64,000 nucleotides of DNA from Guillardia theta CCMP2712 (Eukaryota; Protista; Cryptophyta). The stretch is taken from NCBI RefSeq assembly GCF_000315625.1, contig NW_005434667.1:983061-1047060 (forward strand). The letters run 5' to 3'. The first letter of the stretch is position 1; each line of letters begins with the position of its first letter. The translations under genes were made by a program, and so were the position numbers. The notes below the pieces were generated by a model. That model was given only the letters and a program-made list of their open reading frames with translations, had not been told where the DNA came from and searched no databases. This document shows positions 36,598 to 52,100 of this stretch, piece after piece.

Positions 36598-37120
36598 ATC
36601 ATCCCTCAAGGGAGGGCTCACTGCCCTCTTCTCCCCTTGGTTAGCATCGTCGATGCGCCCATTGAAGCGATCTGCTCGACACTTGCGCGACCTGCCCGGG
36701 CCCGGCCGGGGAGCAAGCGCCCGACAGTTGACTGTGAGTGAACTAAAGCACCAACCCTACCCCTCAACTTTCAACCCCTCATACTCCACCTACCCTCTAC
36801 CCACAAATTTGTATTGGAATGTACCCCTTCCTGGATCTCCCCACTCTTTATCTTCAACCTACGGTAGTACCCGGGAGGGCCGGGGGCTTTCTAGTGAGGG
36901 CCCGGCTCGCCTGTCACGAGGAATGAGGTACAGGTCCTTCTTCTGCTAAGTGAGAGTCTAAGTGTAGAAAGCAAACCTCTCACCATCCCCCTCTATTCTC
37001 AAACTGCCAAAGGCAACCCAAACCCCTGATAGCAAAAACCTCAGCCTGGCTCCATGCCATGAGCGATGAGCCTCTTGTTGGCGGGACGAGAAGATTAAAG
37101 ACGCTGATGCCGTCGGGTTG

Positions 37121-40100
37121 ATGGGATCGTCACAGGCTAGTAGCCATTGCGCAAAAGCCCTATACGGCTTGTTGATGCTGACAACAGCTGCAACTAGCTT
37201 GGCTCAGATCTCTTTCTGCAATGGGAACACGCTTCCAAATGGTAGTACAGCACTCTGCATTGAGCCAAGCTTGGTCCCAATGGCTGGTGGAGCAGTTATT
37301 ACGATGAAAGGGCTGAGCAATGCAGTATTTTCAAGTTGGACTGCTGAATGTAGTCACATGGAAAAGTGGAAGTGTATGGTAGGATACAGCGAAAGCTCTG
37401 GCGCTGAAAGTATCCCTCTCTTATCGATGAATTGCGAGAAAGGATTTGCCCAGTGTGTATCTCCGGGCAGAAAGACAACTGGAGATGTTCCATTCTATCT
37501 TCAGTTCATGGATGCTGATACTTTGTCAATGCTCCCAACCCCAGCTGCAGGAACTCTCTACCTCGCATACTTCGGTATAAAATTCTATTGTTGCTTTCAT
37601 CCATTATGGTGACGATTCCTGTAGGAATCAGTAAAATGAAGCCAATATCAGGCATCAGTGGCATGCAGCCAACTGTAACGCTCACTCTTCTCAATGCAAA
37701 GAATGTCACTCAGTTTCAGTGTAAATTTGTTCCCTTTGGCAGTGGATGGCTTGACCCCTCCATACACCCTCTGATCATTGCAGACTACAAGGGAGCTGGA
37801 CAAATTGGCTGCAGGGTTCCGGATAGTATTTTGCTTTTATCCCCCCAATTTCAAATAGCGCAGGTATTGATCAATCCTCACATGCTCGCTTGGCAAATAC
37901 GCTTCTGAAAGTTGTTGTTCAGGTCCAAATTCTTGTCACCGAACTGCTCACAGGAAGCACAGCGACCTCTTACAATACCACATACACGGATTCACAGTGG
38001 ACTTTCTCTCTTTACAGAGCTTTCAATATAACCGGAGCAAATCTCTTGCTTGCTCCATATTCAGGAGGGACTAATATTTACGTGTACGGCCAGGTATGCG
38101 ATTGATAAGAAATGATCTTCTGTTGACATTTTATAAAGGGATTCTTCTCATTTCCAGGATTATCATGCCGATTGAAGTGGTGTCTCGACTACAATGTAGA
38201 AAGCACGTGTCAGACCACGTTGTTTGGAAGCGCTTTGTACATGAATCATACAACAATCAAATGTGTCACAGGATCGTTCTTCCCAGGCGATCAAGACTGC
38301 AATACTCAAGTAAGCTTGAAACTTTTGATCTTTATTGACCTGAGTGTTGAACTTGCCTTACAGTGCTTGTCTGGTGGATTGCAAGGAGGATATAGGGAAT
38401 TTCCAGCTGTTTCGGATTTGAATTACAGGAAGAGTGACATAATCCAATGCTGCGGAATCACGTGCTGTACAGAACAAGCCAGACTTCAGATAGCATTGGA
38501 TGGTGTACAATATCTTCCCACTTCAGATGCCGTCAATGCACCCAAATACGTTTTGCAGCAGAATGCACCTGAAGTTTTCATCACTATGTACATTGAACCT
38601 GTCATTTCTCGAATTTTTCCTCCAGCAGGCCCTTTACAGGGACAAGTAGAAGTTACAATATTTGGCTACAATTTTCATTCAGCCTCCCTGGATCTTGCAA
38701 GAAACTTAACGATTTGCAAATTTCGAAATTATCAGGTAGAACAGGGAAATCCAGTTTGGACTCTGGTACCTGCAAAGTTCTTGAGTGAGACGGAAATCAT
38801 TTGCACATCCCCGTCTTCATACCATGCTACCAATGAGAGTGTCGGCCTTTCTATCAACTCTCAAGATTTTGTGTCCAACGTCAACGTCAGATATGCTTAT
38901 TTTTCAGTGACTGAGATTATTCCTTCTTTTGGCGGCTGGTCAGGAGGAACAGATGTTTTGGTCAAGGGATACAATCTTGCAAGTTTTGAAGGCGAAGTAC
39001 ACCGGAAGTACACATGCAAATTTTTCAATCAAAACATCTCAAAGGTAGTGACAGCCTCTATCACAAATTCAGGGTTTTTGAGATGTTCTACACCACCATT
39101 CTCTTTGGGGTTGGTAAACTTCAGCTTGGCTCTGTATCAGGATCAATATTCTCGTAGCTCTCATGTGTTTCAGTTTCAATCGGAGGCTTACATTTTTGCA
39201 GTGAGCCCTTCGAGTGGACCAATGGTTGGTGGTTATCCTGTTTCACTGTATGGCGCTAATTTTTTCAATTCTACATATTTAGCGTGCGAATTCAAGATAG
39301 GTACAATATCCGATGTAACCACAGCTGGACACTTCCTCAGTTCGTCTCAAATCTTTTGCATTGTGCCTTCGAGTTATAGCTCTGGAGTATCGCGTATTTT
39401 TGTTTTGAATAATGGACAGCAAACAAGTGCAACTTATTCCGAATTCACTTATTTTTCAGTTCTGAACATCGTTCCAGTGGGTGGCCCAACAAGCGGCAAT
39501 ACGATAGTGCGAGTTACTTTATCAGCACAAACGGATAGAGCGTGGTGCAAGTTTGGTTCGCATACTGTTGAAGCTGCCCTTGTTCACCTAACGAATCAGT
39601 CGAATTCAACTGGCTCTGGAAATGTCTGCTTCAACAACAATACAAGTCTATATTCTCTTTCATCGAATTCATCAAGACAATGCTGGAATTATACAGTATT
39701 GCGCTTGTATGTGCATAATGATTCTAAGTGTACACATAATTTCGAGGGCAATCTAACGATAAAAGTTTCAAATGATACTTGTTACCAAACATCGAACGAC
39801 ACTTTTATCCGTCTTGTACAGAAAAATCTTTCTCACATTTATTTGCACAGTTCTTGTAATCAGAACTGTATGATTTGCAACAATTCTAACGTCTTTGCTT
39901 TGGAGACTTGTGAATATGGTTTACCAGTGTTATGTGTTCCTGAGCAATCTTGTTTTATACAATTTTTCGTTGATCAATTGGTGAATTGTACTTCATTCAA
40001 TCAAGATACCAGCGGTACATGCACAAATGCTTCAACTGGACCAAGTGCTGTAATTGAGTGTGCTACATTGAGCACAATGAGCTCAAATGTGCTTGGCGAA

Positions 40101-43100
40101 GAAGTTTATTTCAGCGTGTCGCTAAACAATCGAGATTTTGCGACATCAGATGTTTACAAAACTTTTACCTTCTTTCCCGAAGTGGTCTTACAGAAGCTGC
40201 TTCCTGAAAGTGGACCCAACAGAGGGGGCACAAGTGTCACAATGATTGGTCTCAATTTCTTTACAGCATGCCGGACAGGTTTAGATCCCTTGACGGGGCA
40301 ATGCTACAAATGCAGCGATGTTGGTTTGTACACCTGGACTTCATTGTCAAGCTGCACTGTAGTTATCCCCGGTAGTACAGCACGGGCCAACTTTTCATGG
40401 GCCAGCCTTCGAAAGTGCGGATTGCCGTGTCAGACTGGAGTGGATGACAAAAATTCATTCAGTGGAGATGGAGCAATTTATTGCAGGTTTGGAAGCATTG
40501 ATGCGGTTGCTTGGTATTTGACTCCAACACGAATGAAATGTACCTCTCCCAGGAATCCAAAGACCTCACTTAACAACCGCCTGTTGAGCCAAGTAAGTTT
40601 CAACAACCAGCAATTCACAAGTCAAATTCTATACTTCAGCTACTTTGAAATATTAAGCTTGTCTCCATCCGTTGGCACTGGTTATGGCGGGACTGTGATT
40701 TCAGTATTCGGATACAATCTGTTCACAGGCTCACGGGGTGGTCAGGAAGTTCAATGCCTTTTCTGGATTGACATACTGATGATTGGATCATATGACATGG
40801 TTAATGACTGCGTATATTGCCCTTCTCCTGAACAACCAGCAGAATTGCTGAACAATGGACAGAATACACTTCAATTTTCAGTAACTCTGAATAGATATAT
40901 TCTTGATCAATACTCCGATAATCAACTTACGTTTCAATACGTTCCTGCAGAGATCGCTACAATAATCAGTCCTTTTCGAGGACCTATGAATGGGGGGATG
41001 ACTGTGTATCTCGGTTTGCCCGCAAGCTCACAAAGAATTCCTGATCTTCTGCACAAATCGTATCCATATCAGTATCAACACTACTTTGCTCAGTCTTTCA
41101 TTAATTACTCATGGCCAGAGCCCAGAAGTGCTTGCCTAGGCCAAGTAACCGATGTCAACGATCCGGCCTTGCATGTAACTGCGACTCAATGCGTGGGAGC
41201 CGTTGCCAAGTTGAATCTTGACAACAGCACGTGGCTTTCATTCTCGCTTCCTGCTTATGCTTCACCAGCAACTGTAAATGTAGAAATGTCTGTGAATGGG
41301 TATTTGCAGAATCATTTCAACCCGACAGCGCAATTTACTCAACAAGCCTACTGCAATACACAGATAAATCAATGCGTGCAAGATAATCAAATGAAGGTTT
41401 GCAAATCCAATATAGATTGTGGTGGATTGAAATTCTACTACTGGGGTATCTTAAGTTTGTTTCCAGTCGCCTTCGATGTTGTAGGAGGTCAGATTCTGAG
41501 CCTGAGTGGTGACAACTTTCCACATCCTGAGGATCTTCCCAGCAAGTGTTTCTTTTTCGATGCGCAGCATGTCAAGTATGCCGAGGCTGTTACCAATGTC
41601 ACGGAGTCTAGTTGCACTCCCTGCCCAGCTAGGAATGTTCTTGGTGTGTGTGTTGTAAGCCGATTTTGTAAAGAAACGAAATGCACGGTTCCTCCATCCC
41701 CCACGGGAGAGCCGATGGTGGTCTATGTTGAACTCTCGTTTGGAGCTTCGTATCCGTTGACACAACAGGGAAAATCAATATGGTATTATAAATCTGCACA
41801 AATTACAAGTATCGACATTACAGCTGGCCCCTCGTATGGAGGTACGCTCATCATAATCAATGGAACAAACTTTGTTAATTCTTCTGGTCTTTACTGTCAG
41901 TTTAGCACAAGCAACCTTTTTTCTTTTGCGAACCCCAATTCGAATGCTTCATTCATCAGCAATACAAGTTTGCTATGTGTCGTTCCTCCATGCGATGTCT
42001 TAGCAATCGCATCGAAGGACAAGTCAACGTGCATGTCATGCTCTCGTTGTGAGGTAGATGTGTATGTAACAATCAATTCAAGGGACTTCATTGCTGGCAG
42101 TTCAAAGTTTTTGTACTGGGACAACCCTATCATTGACTCCATCTTTCCATTAAGGTCTCCAGTTCACAGCCAGGCCAAAATTCCTGTCACTCTTACCGGT
42201 CAAAACTTTGCAAACGTAGGAGCTCAGAACAAAGTTGGATACGGACTGAGTTGTAAATTTGGAAAATTGATAGTCAAAGCGCAATATGATGCTCATTGTG
42301 ATTTCTCACTTCCTGTCTGTAGAAATATTACATGCCTTCCTCCCACATACAGTCAATCAGGATATGTTGACGTTTCCGTTAGTCTTGACACACAGCAATT
42401 TACGGTTCCAACGAGAGGAAAATTCTCATATTTTAATGTTTCAAGTTTGAGACCTCAATACTTGCCAACTGGCACAAACACGAGTGTCCACATTTATGGC
42501 ACTTACCTTGACCATGGACAGGGTTACTCAATAAAATTTTCCAGCATTAGTTATGTGAAGTATGAGACTTGTTCTCCATTGAATGACATATCGATCCTAT
42601 GTTCGGTACCTCCCTTGGAAAGCTTGGGATATTCAGTTGAAATTTCTCTGAGCTCAAGTGAGATCTTATTTGCAGATAGAGACTTCACATCGCAGAATCT
42701 ATCTGTAACCACTTACACTCCTCCAGATGTGTATGCCGTCAAACCCAGCAAAGGTTTGGCTACCAATATTGTGAGTGTCACTCTCACAGGCAGAGGCTTC
42801 GTTAAGACAGACCTCATGATATGCAAATTCGGACAACTTCTGTCAAGTCCCGTTATATATGTCGATAATCAGACCTTGATTTGTAATTCTGTCCCTCAGT
42901 TCGGGCCTGTTGTGGTGTCGATAGCTTTGAATGGACAAGACTTTGCGACATCCAGTGCAACCTTCATAAATTATAAGACTCCTGTGATTTCTGCACTTTC
43001 ACCATCTGCCATTCCAGTGGGATATTCAGGAATTGTGACGATATTTGGAGATTATTTTGAGAAGTTCAGAACTTTGGCCTGTGGCTTCAGGTTTTCACAG

Positions 43101-46100
43101 GTTTTGTATACGCAAGATGCAATTTACACAAATAGCACTTTTATCACTTGTCAAATCCCTGTAGTGCATGATGCAGGATTGTTCGATTTCACCGTGTCCA
43201 ATGATGGTCAGCTTCAATCCAACACAAAGATTACTTTGAATGTATATGGGATATCTGGAATTTACCCCATCAGTAGTACAAGAACGGGGGGCTCCATTGT
43301 GACTGTTCAAGGCGAATATTTTTCACAATCTTCTCCCGTTCTATGCAGATTTGTTGCTCAACCAGGACTGGACCTTCACAATTCGCAAAAGAATACCATT
43401 TATGACTTGTTAGTGATCTCAGGTGGGGCGAATTTGACAGATGGAGTGTTTCCTTTGAAGATGTCGAAATGCTCAGAAACGGCAAGTGTGGTCTATGATA
43501 TCATCATAGTCAATACCTCCTTGACTTACATCGATGGCACCTATGACTTTCTAGTGACCTGCGACTCTCCATGCGCTGGCCAAGGGCTCCTGGCGACGTA
43601 CACGGTATTGCAAAGCAAAATAGTGTTGACGACTATTGTGAATCGAGGCTCCGGTTACACATCCACCAACCCTCCATCACTTTATCTGAGCGAATGTGGA
43701 GCTCAACCTCAAGGAGAAGTTTGCATGAGTGCGAAGTTCGAAGTGCTTGTTGGTTCAACTTGCAGCGAAGTTGGTTGCTGTAACCAAAACGTGGTCGGAT
43801 ACTACTCTGTATTGCATGGCAGCGTTGTTTCTGCCGAGGTCACGTATGGTGGGATTGGATTCAATCATTTAAACCCCCCGGAATTCAGCCCCAACGGTTG
43901 CGATGGATATGGAAATTCAGTTGGCTGCAAGTCCTGTATGTTTCAGAATCAGACCTATGAAGGAAGGTACTGCACAGTAGACAATGACTGTAGCACAAAT
44001 GCGACTTGTGAATATGGTGTAAAATTTCAGGTCTTTGTAGCAAACGTTACTGTATCAGAAGGTATATCGAAAACGATGGCACTTTGCAGAATCCCAGCAG
44101 TCTCTTGGCCTCCTGTACTCTCTGGTTTTCAGCAAGTCCAGCTTCCACAATTGCTCTTCAATGGATTCGCGAAAATTTTTGTCAGTGTGAGATTTTCTCC
44201 TAAGATTCCCTTTACTCATGATTCAGCTGTTTTTTTCGTTTACGATGATCCAATGATACATTCTGTCTTGCCGAACAGTGCTCCTTCGAGAGGTGGAACA
44301 GTTGCTACCATTTCGGGGACGAACTTTAAATATGAGCAAAACATTTTTACCGTGAATTATCCTTGTACCAGGGCACAGGCACCTGTAGCTTGTGATTTCT
44401 CCACTGGATACGATGCTGTACCTGCAAGTGTTGAGGTTTTCTGTAGGTGGCACGAACGATTGCCGTCTGCTTATGGTACATTCGTAGATTCTTCGACTGT
44501 GTTGTGTAAAACACCGCGGGTTTGCTTTGAAGGAAGTACTATGTCTGGATGCGAAGATTGCGTAACAGAGGGTTGCTTGGAACCATCCTTACCTTACTCT
44601 GTAAGTCTTCCAACAGATTCGACCATTTCCTTCCAGTTGTCATCGGACAATCAAATATTCGTCATCGGAGATGCAGAACTTTTTGTCTATTCAATCACTT
44701 CTTTCGTCCCATTTGGTGGTGTGTACAATGGAGGTACTCATGTTACGATATCAGGGTTGAACTTTGACAGAGGTGGCCAGCTTCCATACAACGCTTACTG
44801 CAAGTTTTCACGAGTGGTTGTGCCCGCACAATTCATTCCACAAGAACAACTGATCATATGCATCTCACAGCCTCTCCTGGACATCTACACGAACCTTGAA
44901 ATCAATCTGGGCATCAATGTCAGTGACGACTCGCTTTGGACAGATGACAGACAGTATTTCTTCATGTACACCGCCTATCCAAATCCCCTGGAAATTCTAC
45001 CTGATTCTGGATCGTTTCATGGTACCCAACCTATTTCTTTCAGCGTCCCACGACCATTGCAATTTAACAATTTTCGGTTCAAATCATTCTCATTCAATAC
45101 GTTTCTTGAAGGAGTCGAAGTACACTTGATTGTAACAGGAGAAAGCTCTACGGATCCGAGACTAAACGGGCAGTTAGTTGCTCTTCGCCATCTGTTGGCT
45201 ATGGAAATGAATTTGGAGCTGTGCATGAAGAGAGATTCCTGCAATGGCAATTTAATTTGTATTAGAGAATGTAAGAAGCATACATTGTATTGTTCGATTG
45301 AAAACCTTTGCTATGGAAATGCAACTTGTTCATGTCGTATTCCGGATGTCAACGCTCAAGAACAAATTATCCCCTCTGATATTCAATTTGGGGCTGTTTC
45401 TTCTATCAACAATTCTGCATTTGTATTACCTGTTCGTGTTGAACCAGTAACTTCTGTCACTGAGGTTGAAAGAGCACTGCTCAAAATTTTTCAGGCCTCT
45501 CAAATTTATTCCGACCTGAAGAACAACGCAATAAATTATTACTTTTTCCAATCCATGGGATACCCTGATTTCTGCACCGTTGGGTCAAATAATGTCAAGT
45601 CTTGTCTCAATTTTCAAATCACTGTTTCTCCATTTTCGTACATGTACTATTCAGAATATGGAACATTCGCCCAGTTTGGAAGTTTGCTCACAGCGGGTTG
45701 GGTTGCAAATAACAGCCTGATGCAAGCCAATGTTGCCCAATCATCTTCAAGCATCTCTCCCACAGTCAGGCTTCGATTCTCGATAAATGGACAGCAATTC
45801 AGTCAGAACTCTATTTCGTTCTTTTACTATACAGTGAGAGAAATTTCACCATTTGGAATTCCGATCCGCTTCAAGTTTTCATTCCAATCTATTTCAAATG
45901 GTGATACTCAAGTATTGATTGCTTGCCCGAATTCAACAAGTACATGTCGTGAAACCTTTGTGAGGCAGTTCAACTCTCTTGCTACTATCACAGTTTACGG
46001 AAACAATTTTGTGAACACAACCTATTCGTCTCAGTCAGCTCCAAAATGCCGGTACGGTTATCTTCAAGACAACATGCCAGATGTTCTAGGCAGTCAGCTT

Positions 46101-49100
46101 GTAAGTTCTGTTGTAGTGCCGGTTGTTAATGTCAACTATCAACAAGGTTATGTAGAGTGCATTCAACCGACAGTTTTCAACCTGAACACTGCATTCAACA
46201 TGTCGATGGGCGCTTACGCGATTCGAGTCGAGGTTGCCCTCAACGGCCGCGATTTCAGTTTCAGCTCTCTGAGTGCGGGGGGTCTAACAGGTCTGACCTT
46301 GTTCCTGGAGCCACAGCTGACATCTATGTCTCCCTACTTCGGTCCAATCACAGGCAACACTCTCATCACTGTTATCGGTCAAGGGTTTCAGGTAGAAGCG
46401 TCACGAAGAACACCATCAACAAGCTTTTGTTTGTTTGACGTTTATGGGTCTTTAGCTTCGGCTCCCCCTTGGGCTGTCACAGCAGCTACAGTCATCGACA
46501 GTTCTACAATTATCTGCCGTTCTCCTCTACTTAGTAAGAATGGATATGGTTACACTCAGGTGGTTCAACTGCTTCCACCACAGCAGATCTATGTCTATGT
46601 TACTTTTGACAACTTTCATTGGCACACTGATCCTATCAAGAGCGCAGAGAATGCATTCTCCTTCTTTGATTTGCAGTATATCATTCCCAATCTTGCTGCA
46701 ATTCAATACTCTGCCCAGTCAACCACAACCCTGACTTTCAGTGTCGGCAATTTTCTGCTATCGAATTTGAACGGGTATTGCTGGTGGAGAGTACCGCAAA
46801 GCACCCTAGATTCTTCGTTTGTCACGGTTGCAACGCCTATTGGGGGAAACACATACCAATGTCAGATTCCGGATTGGAGCAAAATACAATTGAACGGACA
46901 ATCAGCCGCTTCTTTGATCCCTTGCACCGGAAAGGACATCAACGCCTCACTAGCCACTTGTAACTCCGATGGCAGTCTGACTGTTCCTTTCGGTGTTGCT
47001 TTCCAAGATGCCAAAAGTACGATAACAGAATCTTCTTTCAACTTTGATCAAGAATTTACATTTTACTCCACACCTCATTTCAACGATTATTTACCCAAGC
47101 TAGGTGACACAAATGGAGGTACAGTGATCCAAATATATGGAGACAATTTTGTAAACTCCAATCAAATACAATGCAAATTTGTCTTTAAGTCAATCCAACA
47201 GACTGCTACCTCAGTTCTATTCATTTCAAGTAAATTGATGGAATGTGTCACCCCCCCTGAGTTGAACTCCAAGGAAGTCACATTATATATTACCTTCAAC
47301 GGTGCTGAACAAATCTCTTGTAATACTTCTTCCATCTGCAAATTTTGGCATCCGTACTACAACGCAGAGAAATCTTGCTGTTCATGGAATGGAAATCAAA
47401 TTGATACGTTCAGTTACTCTCCGAGGCCAACTGTGAGTGCCTTGCAGCCGAATGCAGCACCCTCCCTTGGTGACACCGACATCAAGATCATTGGGAACAA
47501 TATCATAACCGGTGTGAACGGAATCGTCTATGCATGCCTGATAGATTCAAATTATGTCCCTGGAGTATTCCATGCAGAGGGTGGGCTTCAATTCATGACA
47601 TGCCTCACATTGCCAAACATGAGAATCAGCAACCTGGAAGTTCGAGTAAGTTTGAATGGTTTTGAATGGTCGGACAGCTTTCAAATTTTGAGTGTGTACA
47701 AGCCATTGCGACTATTCAGTGTAAGCCCTGCCTTCACTCTCTGGGATAATCCAATACAGGAAGTTACTCTTGTCGGAGTCAATTTCGTAGTACCCAGTGC
47801 GCAAGTTGGAAGCATTCTTGTGCGATTTGCCGAATTTGACACTTCAGTTCAACCTCCGATTGTAAGATGGAAAAAAGATCTTTCTCCTGCTCGCTATGGC
47901 AATGCAATAGCTGATGTGTATGAGCCTTCCTTAGCCGGAGGAATTCTTACCGATGTCATCACTGTCTCTCCACCAAAACGCACCCCTTGTAGTCAGGTAG
48001 GAGCCTTATATTGCGAAGCTGGAGTGGTTCAAATTTTTGTGAGTCAAAACGAGGGAAATGATTGGACCTGGGAAACTGTAGATTTTGCCTACATATTACG
48101 TCCAAATTCTAAACAGCAATGCTTTGGTGAAGTTACTGGAGCGAACCCTACCTGTGCGTTTGCAGCTATAGAATCTCAGGGTAAAGTTGTTTTCTTGGAC
48201 CAGCCGTGGAATGTTAGGGGAACCTGTGAGCTGGGAAGTGACAGCATCTCGGGACAAGGAGCCACTACCGGGCGATGCGTGTGTACGTCAAGTGATTGCA
48301 GTACTGGAGCCTACGATTGTGGTGATCGCACTGGAGACCTGACGTTGGGCTGCTCTATCAAGGCTGCCATCACCCATATGGAACCCAGGAGTGGTCCACA
48401 TGTTGGGGGAACCAAAGTGACGATCCGAGGTTTCAAAATTAACAACGGCACAGGATACTTTTGCAAGTTTGGGACACAAATCGTGCAGGCATCATTGAAT
48501 CTCTCCTATGGCCTTGTCGAATGTGCGTCTCCACCTTTAGACAAGAACGGAAGTGTTGAGGTAGAGATAACAATCAGTGGCGGATCTGGACAGATAGTGG
48601 ATTCCAATGCGGAATGGACTGTGTCTCGAGGCTATCACTTGTTTCACTACTTTTTGACACCGACGATGGTTGGTTTGCAGCCTTCCATCGGCCCGGCAGA
48701 TGGAGGCACCCTTGTGACAGTGACCGGAGGGTTGACTGACAAACTCATGGCGCTGGGGGTGACGTGGAGGTCTCTTGATGTAGACTCCTCAGGAGCTCCC
48801 CAATGCAAGGGCCAACAGATTGCAGGATTGTGCAATGGAATGTACGTCTATGGAAGTTACACCGACTATGGTCCCGTGACTCCTGGATTTGAATCATATT
48901 GCGTATATGAACCTCATTGTCGTTTTCAACTGGATTATGAGCATATCGGGATCAAGTGTAAGTTTTGTTCACTGACATTAAATTACTGCTTTGATTCAGT
49001 CAATGTTACGTTCCTCAAACCGAATGTTGTTCAATGTATAACCTCTCCAAATCAAATGTTGCAGAATGGAAGCGCTTTCTCTGACCTTATGAGAGTCTCA

Positions 49101-52100
49101 CTCACTTTGAATGGCCAATTGTACATGGACATTCCAACTGCCTTTGTCGTCCATGCTTACAACAACATTTATCGTGTAGTTCCCGAAGCTGGTCCTCTGA
49201 GCGGAGGAACCTGGGTGACTTTATTTGGACAAGGATTCATTTCATCAAGTCTGACGGTATGCAAATTTGGAGTTACCGCAACTAGGTATGAGTACGTCAG
49301 TTCCAGTCTAATGCAATGCTTATCACCGCCGAGCGTACAGGAACAGAGTGTCAACATACAAATATCCTTTAATGGAATTCAGTTTGAACCATCCTCCAAT
49401 ATTCCCTCGTTCAGTTACATAATCTTATGGACAATCTCTCAGATATCTCCTGTATTCAGTGGTGAAACAGGAGGTTCATATGTCGAAGTTTTAGGTTCAA
49501 ATTTTTTCAATACTACCTCAATATCATGTAAGTTCGGGACGACTGTTGTGCGGTACCCTGATGCTCAATTCATCTCATCCTCTCAAGTCACGTGTCTCCT
49601 CCCTCGACAGACATTGCCGCGCCCTCACTTTGTCACAGACAGAGCCTCATGCGACGGTACATACGTACAAGGAACACAAAGAAACGACAGTGGATGGTCA
49701 GTCTGTGCTGGTTGTGTCGAATGCTGCTCCTGTCCAAATTGTCCTAACTGTCAAGTCTGTATTTGCACAACAACTACTGGGTGTTGCACGTCGACATTGG
49801 CAAACGATACAAGACAGTTTTTCCGTGGATGTGCTCCAAACCCTCCCCTTGCACCGGGTACCCCTCGTTCGCTTTGTCTCAATCCAACGTACAAATGTGC
49901 ATGGGTGGTCATCGATCCAACAACCAAGTACTTGACCTGTGCCTTGCAACCTTTTGCAGGAACTCTCTTGTTGCCGCCCCAACCTACAGACATTCTTTTC
50001 AATCCGAACACAACCTTTCTATTCCCTGACCTCGCTCTCCGACTGACAGTACCTTTCTTTCTTGCCTTGGATGGACAGACATGGACCTCAAGTTGCTTGC
50101 GCAATCCCGAGTCGAGTGTTCCTCCCTGTCCTACTGAGACTCAAGGATGGAATGGCACCTTTACTATTCTTGAGCAGTACAATGTAACAGCCTTTAAACC
50201 AAACGTAGCCCCGTTGACAGGTCAAACCGTGATCACCGTCTTTGGCGAAGGATTCGTGGCTTCGTCTTCCATCATATGTAAATTCGGATACAAGAACGGT
50301 GGAACCTTTGATCCTAACAACCCAACTGATGCAGCTGGCGTATTAGTAGGTGTGATAGCAAATGAAGTGCCTGGAACGTTTGTAGATTCGTTTTCAATCA
50401 TTTGCTTTTCTCCCCCCTTGGATAAATTAGTCTACGAATATGTCAATCAAAATTCCATTGCAATACAGCCTGTCATCACCCTGGATGGTTCGCCGCAAGG
50501 CTACTCTACACCAAATCCGATGTTTTATTACACTCCACTATGGAAAGTGACGAACATTCTTCCCTCAGCTGTTCCAACTCTTGGAGGTTACTTGGTGACT
50601 GCCTTTGGGCCATATTTCCACTCTTCAACCAGTGTGATGTGCAAGTTTGGAGCGTATTATGCAACAGAAGTCTTTCAGGAGGGTACGCAAAAGATTGTTT
50701 GCCGAAGCCCATCAGTTCAGATCCAGATGAAAGTGAACTTCACAGTGACTGTAGATGGTGAAATTTGGAGTCAACCGTCGAACACGTCAATATTCTATTT
50801 TTATGGAGTGAGAAATGCATTGCCCTTTGGCGATAATGAATATGGTCAACTAGGATTTGGTGTCCGAGGACCAAGACCTTTCAGTGGCCTTATGTGCGTA
50901 GGAGGGAAATACGACGGGCTATACTGCCAGCATGCACTAGATTGCCCCAATGGAATCTGCTCCTTCGTGTCAAAAGACTTGAACCTAGAACCAAGATACC
51001 TAAGCCTTTTGTTTGGGCACAACGTGACCCATGGGGCCATGGGACAAACGCACACGATGTTGATTTCATCTGAAACATATTCTGATGTTTATGGCACGCA
51101 GCCAACTAAGGGTGTCCTCTATTCTTTTGGCGATAATCTGGTCGGCCAGCTAGGTTTCGGCTTTGCGGGGCCCTCCTATTTTCAATACAATTTTTCTGCA
51201 CCATCAGCAGTCATTTGCGAGCCATCTGAGGTATACCTGCTAGACAGAAGAGTCGACAGCCGTGCAATTGTTGGTTTGCCCAGCAGCTGGCCAGCAGAAT
51301 CTTGGATTGTTCCAACCTGCATCAAGTATCAGGACGTGAACACAAAGGGAGTTTGGTCCTCCATAGCGATAGTGCTTTTCAACCCGTTTTATTTGGAGCA
51401 TGTCGAAAGGGTAGCAGCTGGAAGTTTTCATAGTCTCGCTCTTACCAGCCAAGGAAATGTGTATGCCTGGGGATGGAACAATTATGGACAGCTTGGAATG
51501 GGGTCTGCAGACATGCGCCCGAATATCCCTTATCCTTCTGAGGTCCTTTTTTTTGCTTCTTTGAATTCGAAAGTCATAAAACTTGCAGCTGGTTTCTCAC
51601 ATTCTGCTGCAGTCACATCGGGGGGAGTTTTGTACACCTGGGGTAATAACAAGTATGGGCAGTTGGGTCAAGGTGATTATCTCGCACGTCGCTTACCAAC
51701 TGCTGTCTCGGGCTTCTATGATTCGAATGGAAGGGTTTTGCAAGTGTTTGATGTGGCATGTGGGCTATACCATTGTTTAGCGCTAAGTGAACAAGGGCTT
51801 GTGTGGAGCTTCGGTTTGAATTCCAGAGGACAGTTAGGCACTTGCGACTCTACCCCTGTTTTTGATGGCGAGAGCTTAGTTTGTAACAACCCAACCCCTC
51901 TGATGATAGACGCTGCTGTTTACTCCAGTCCATTTCCCCGTCAGGTCTTCTTTTCGCATGTTACAGATTACACAGGAGCTTTGATTGGTCAGCCTTACGT
52001 CGTTCAGATCCATGCAGGAGCATTTCACTCGATTGCAGTGACTATCAATTGTGCTCAGACGTTGAAATCTCTATCAGTCTCTTGTACTGCATATGATTTC

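Noticed and set aside
36311-36949. 212-aa + strand ORF
   Set aside because: Antisense shadow of the UBL gene and its promoter region.
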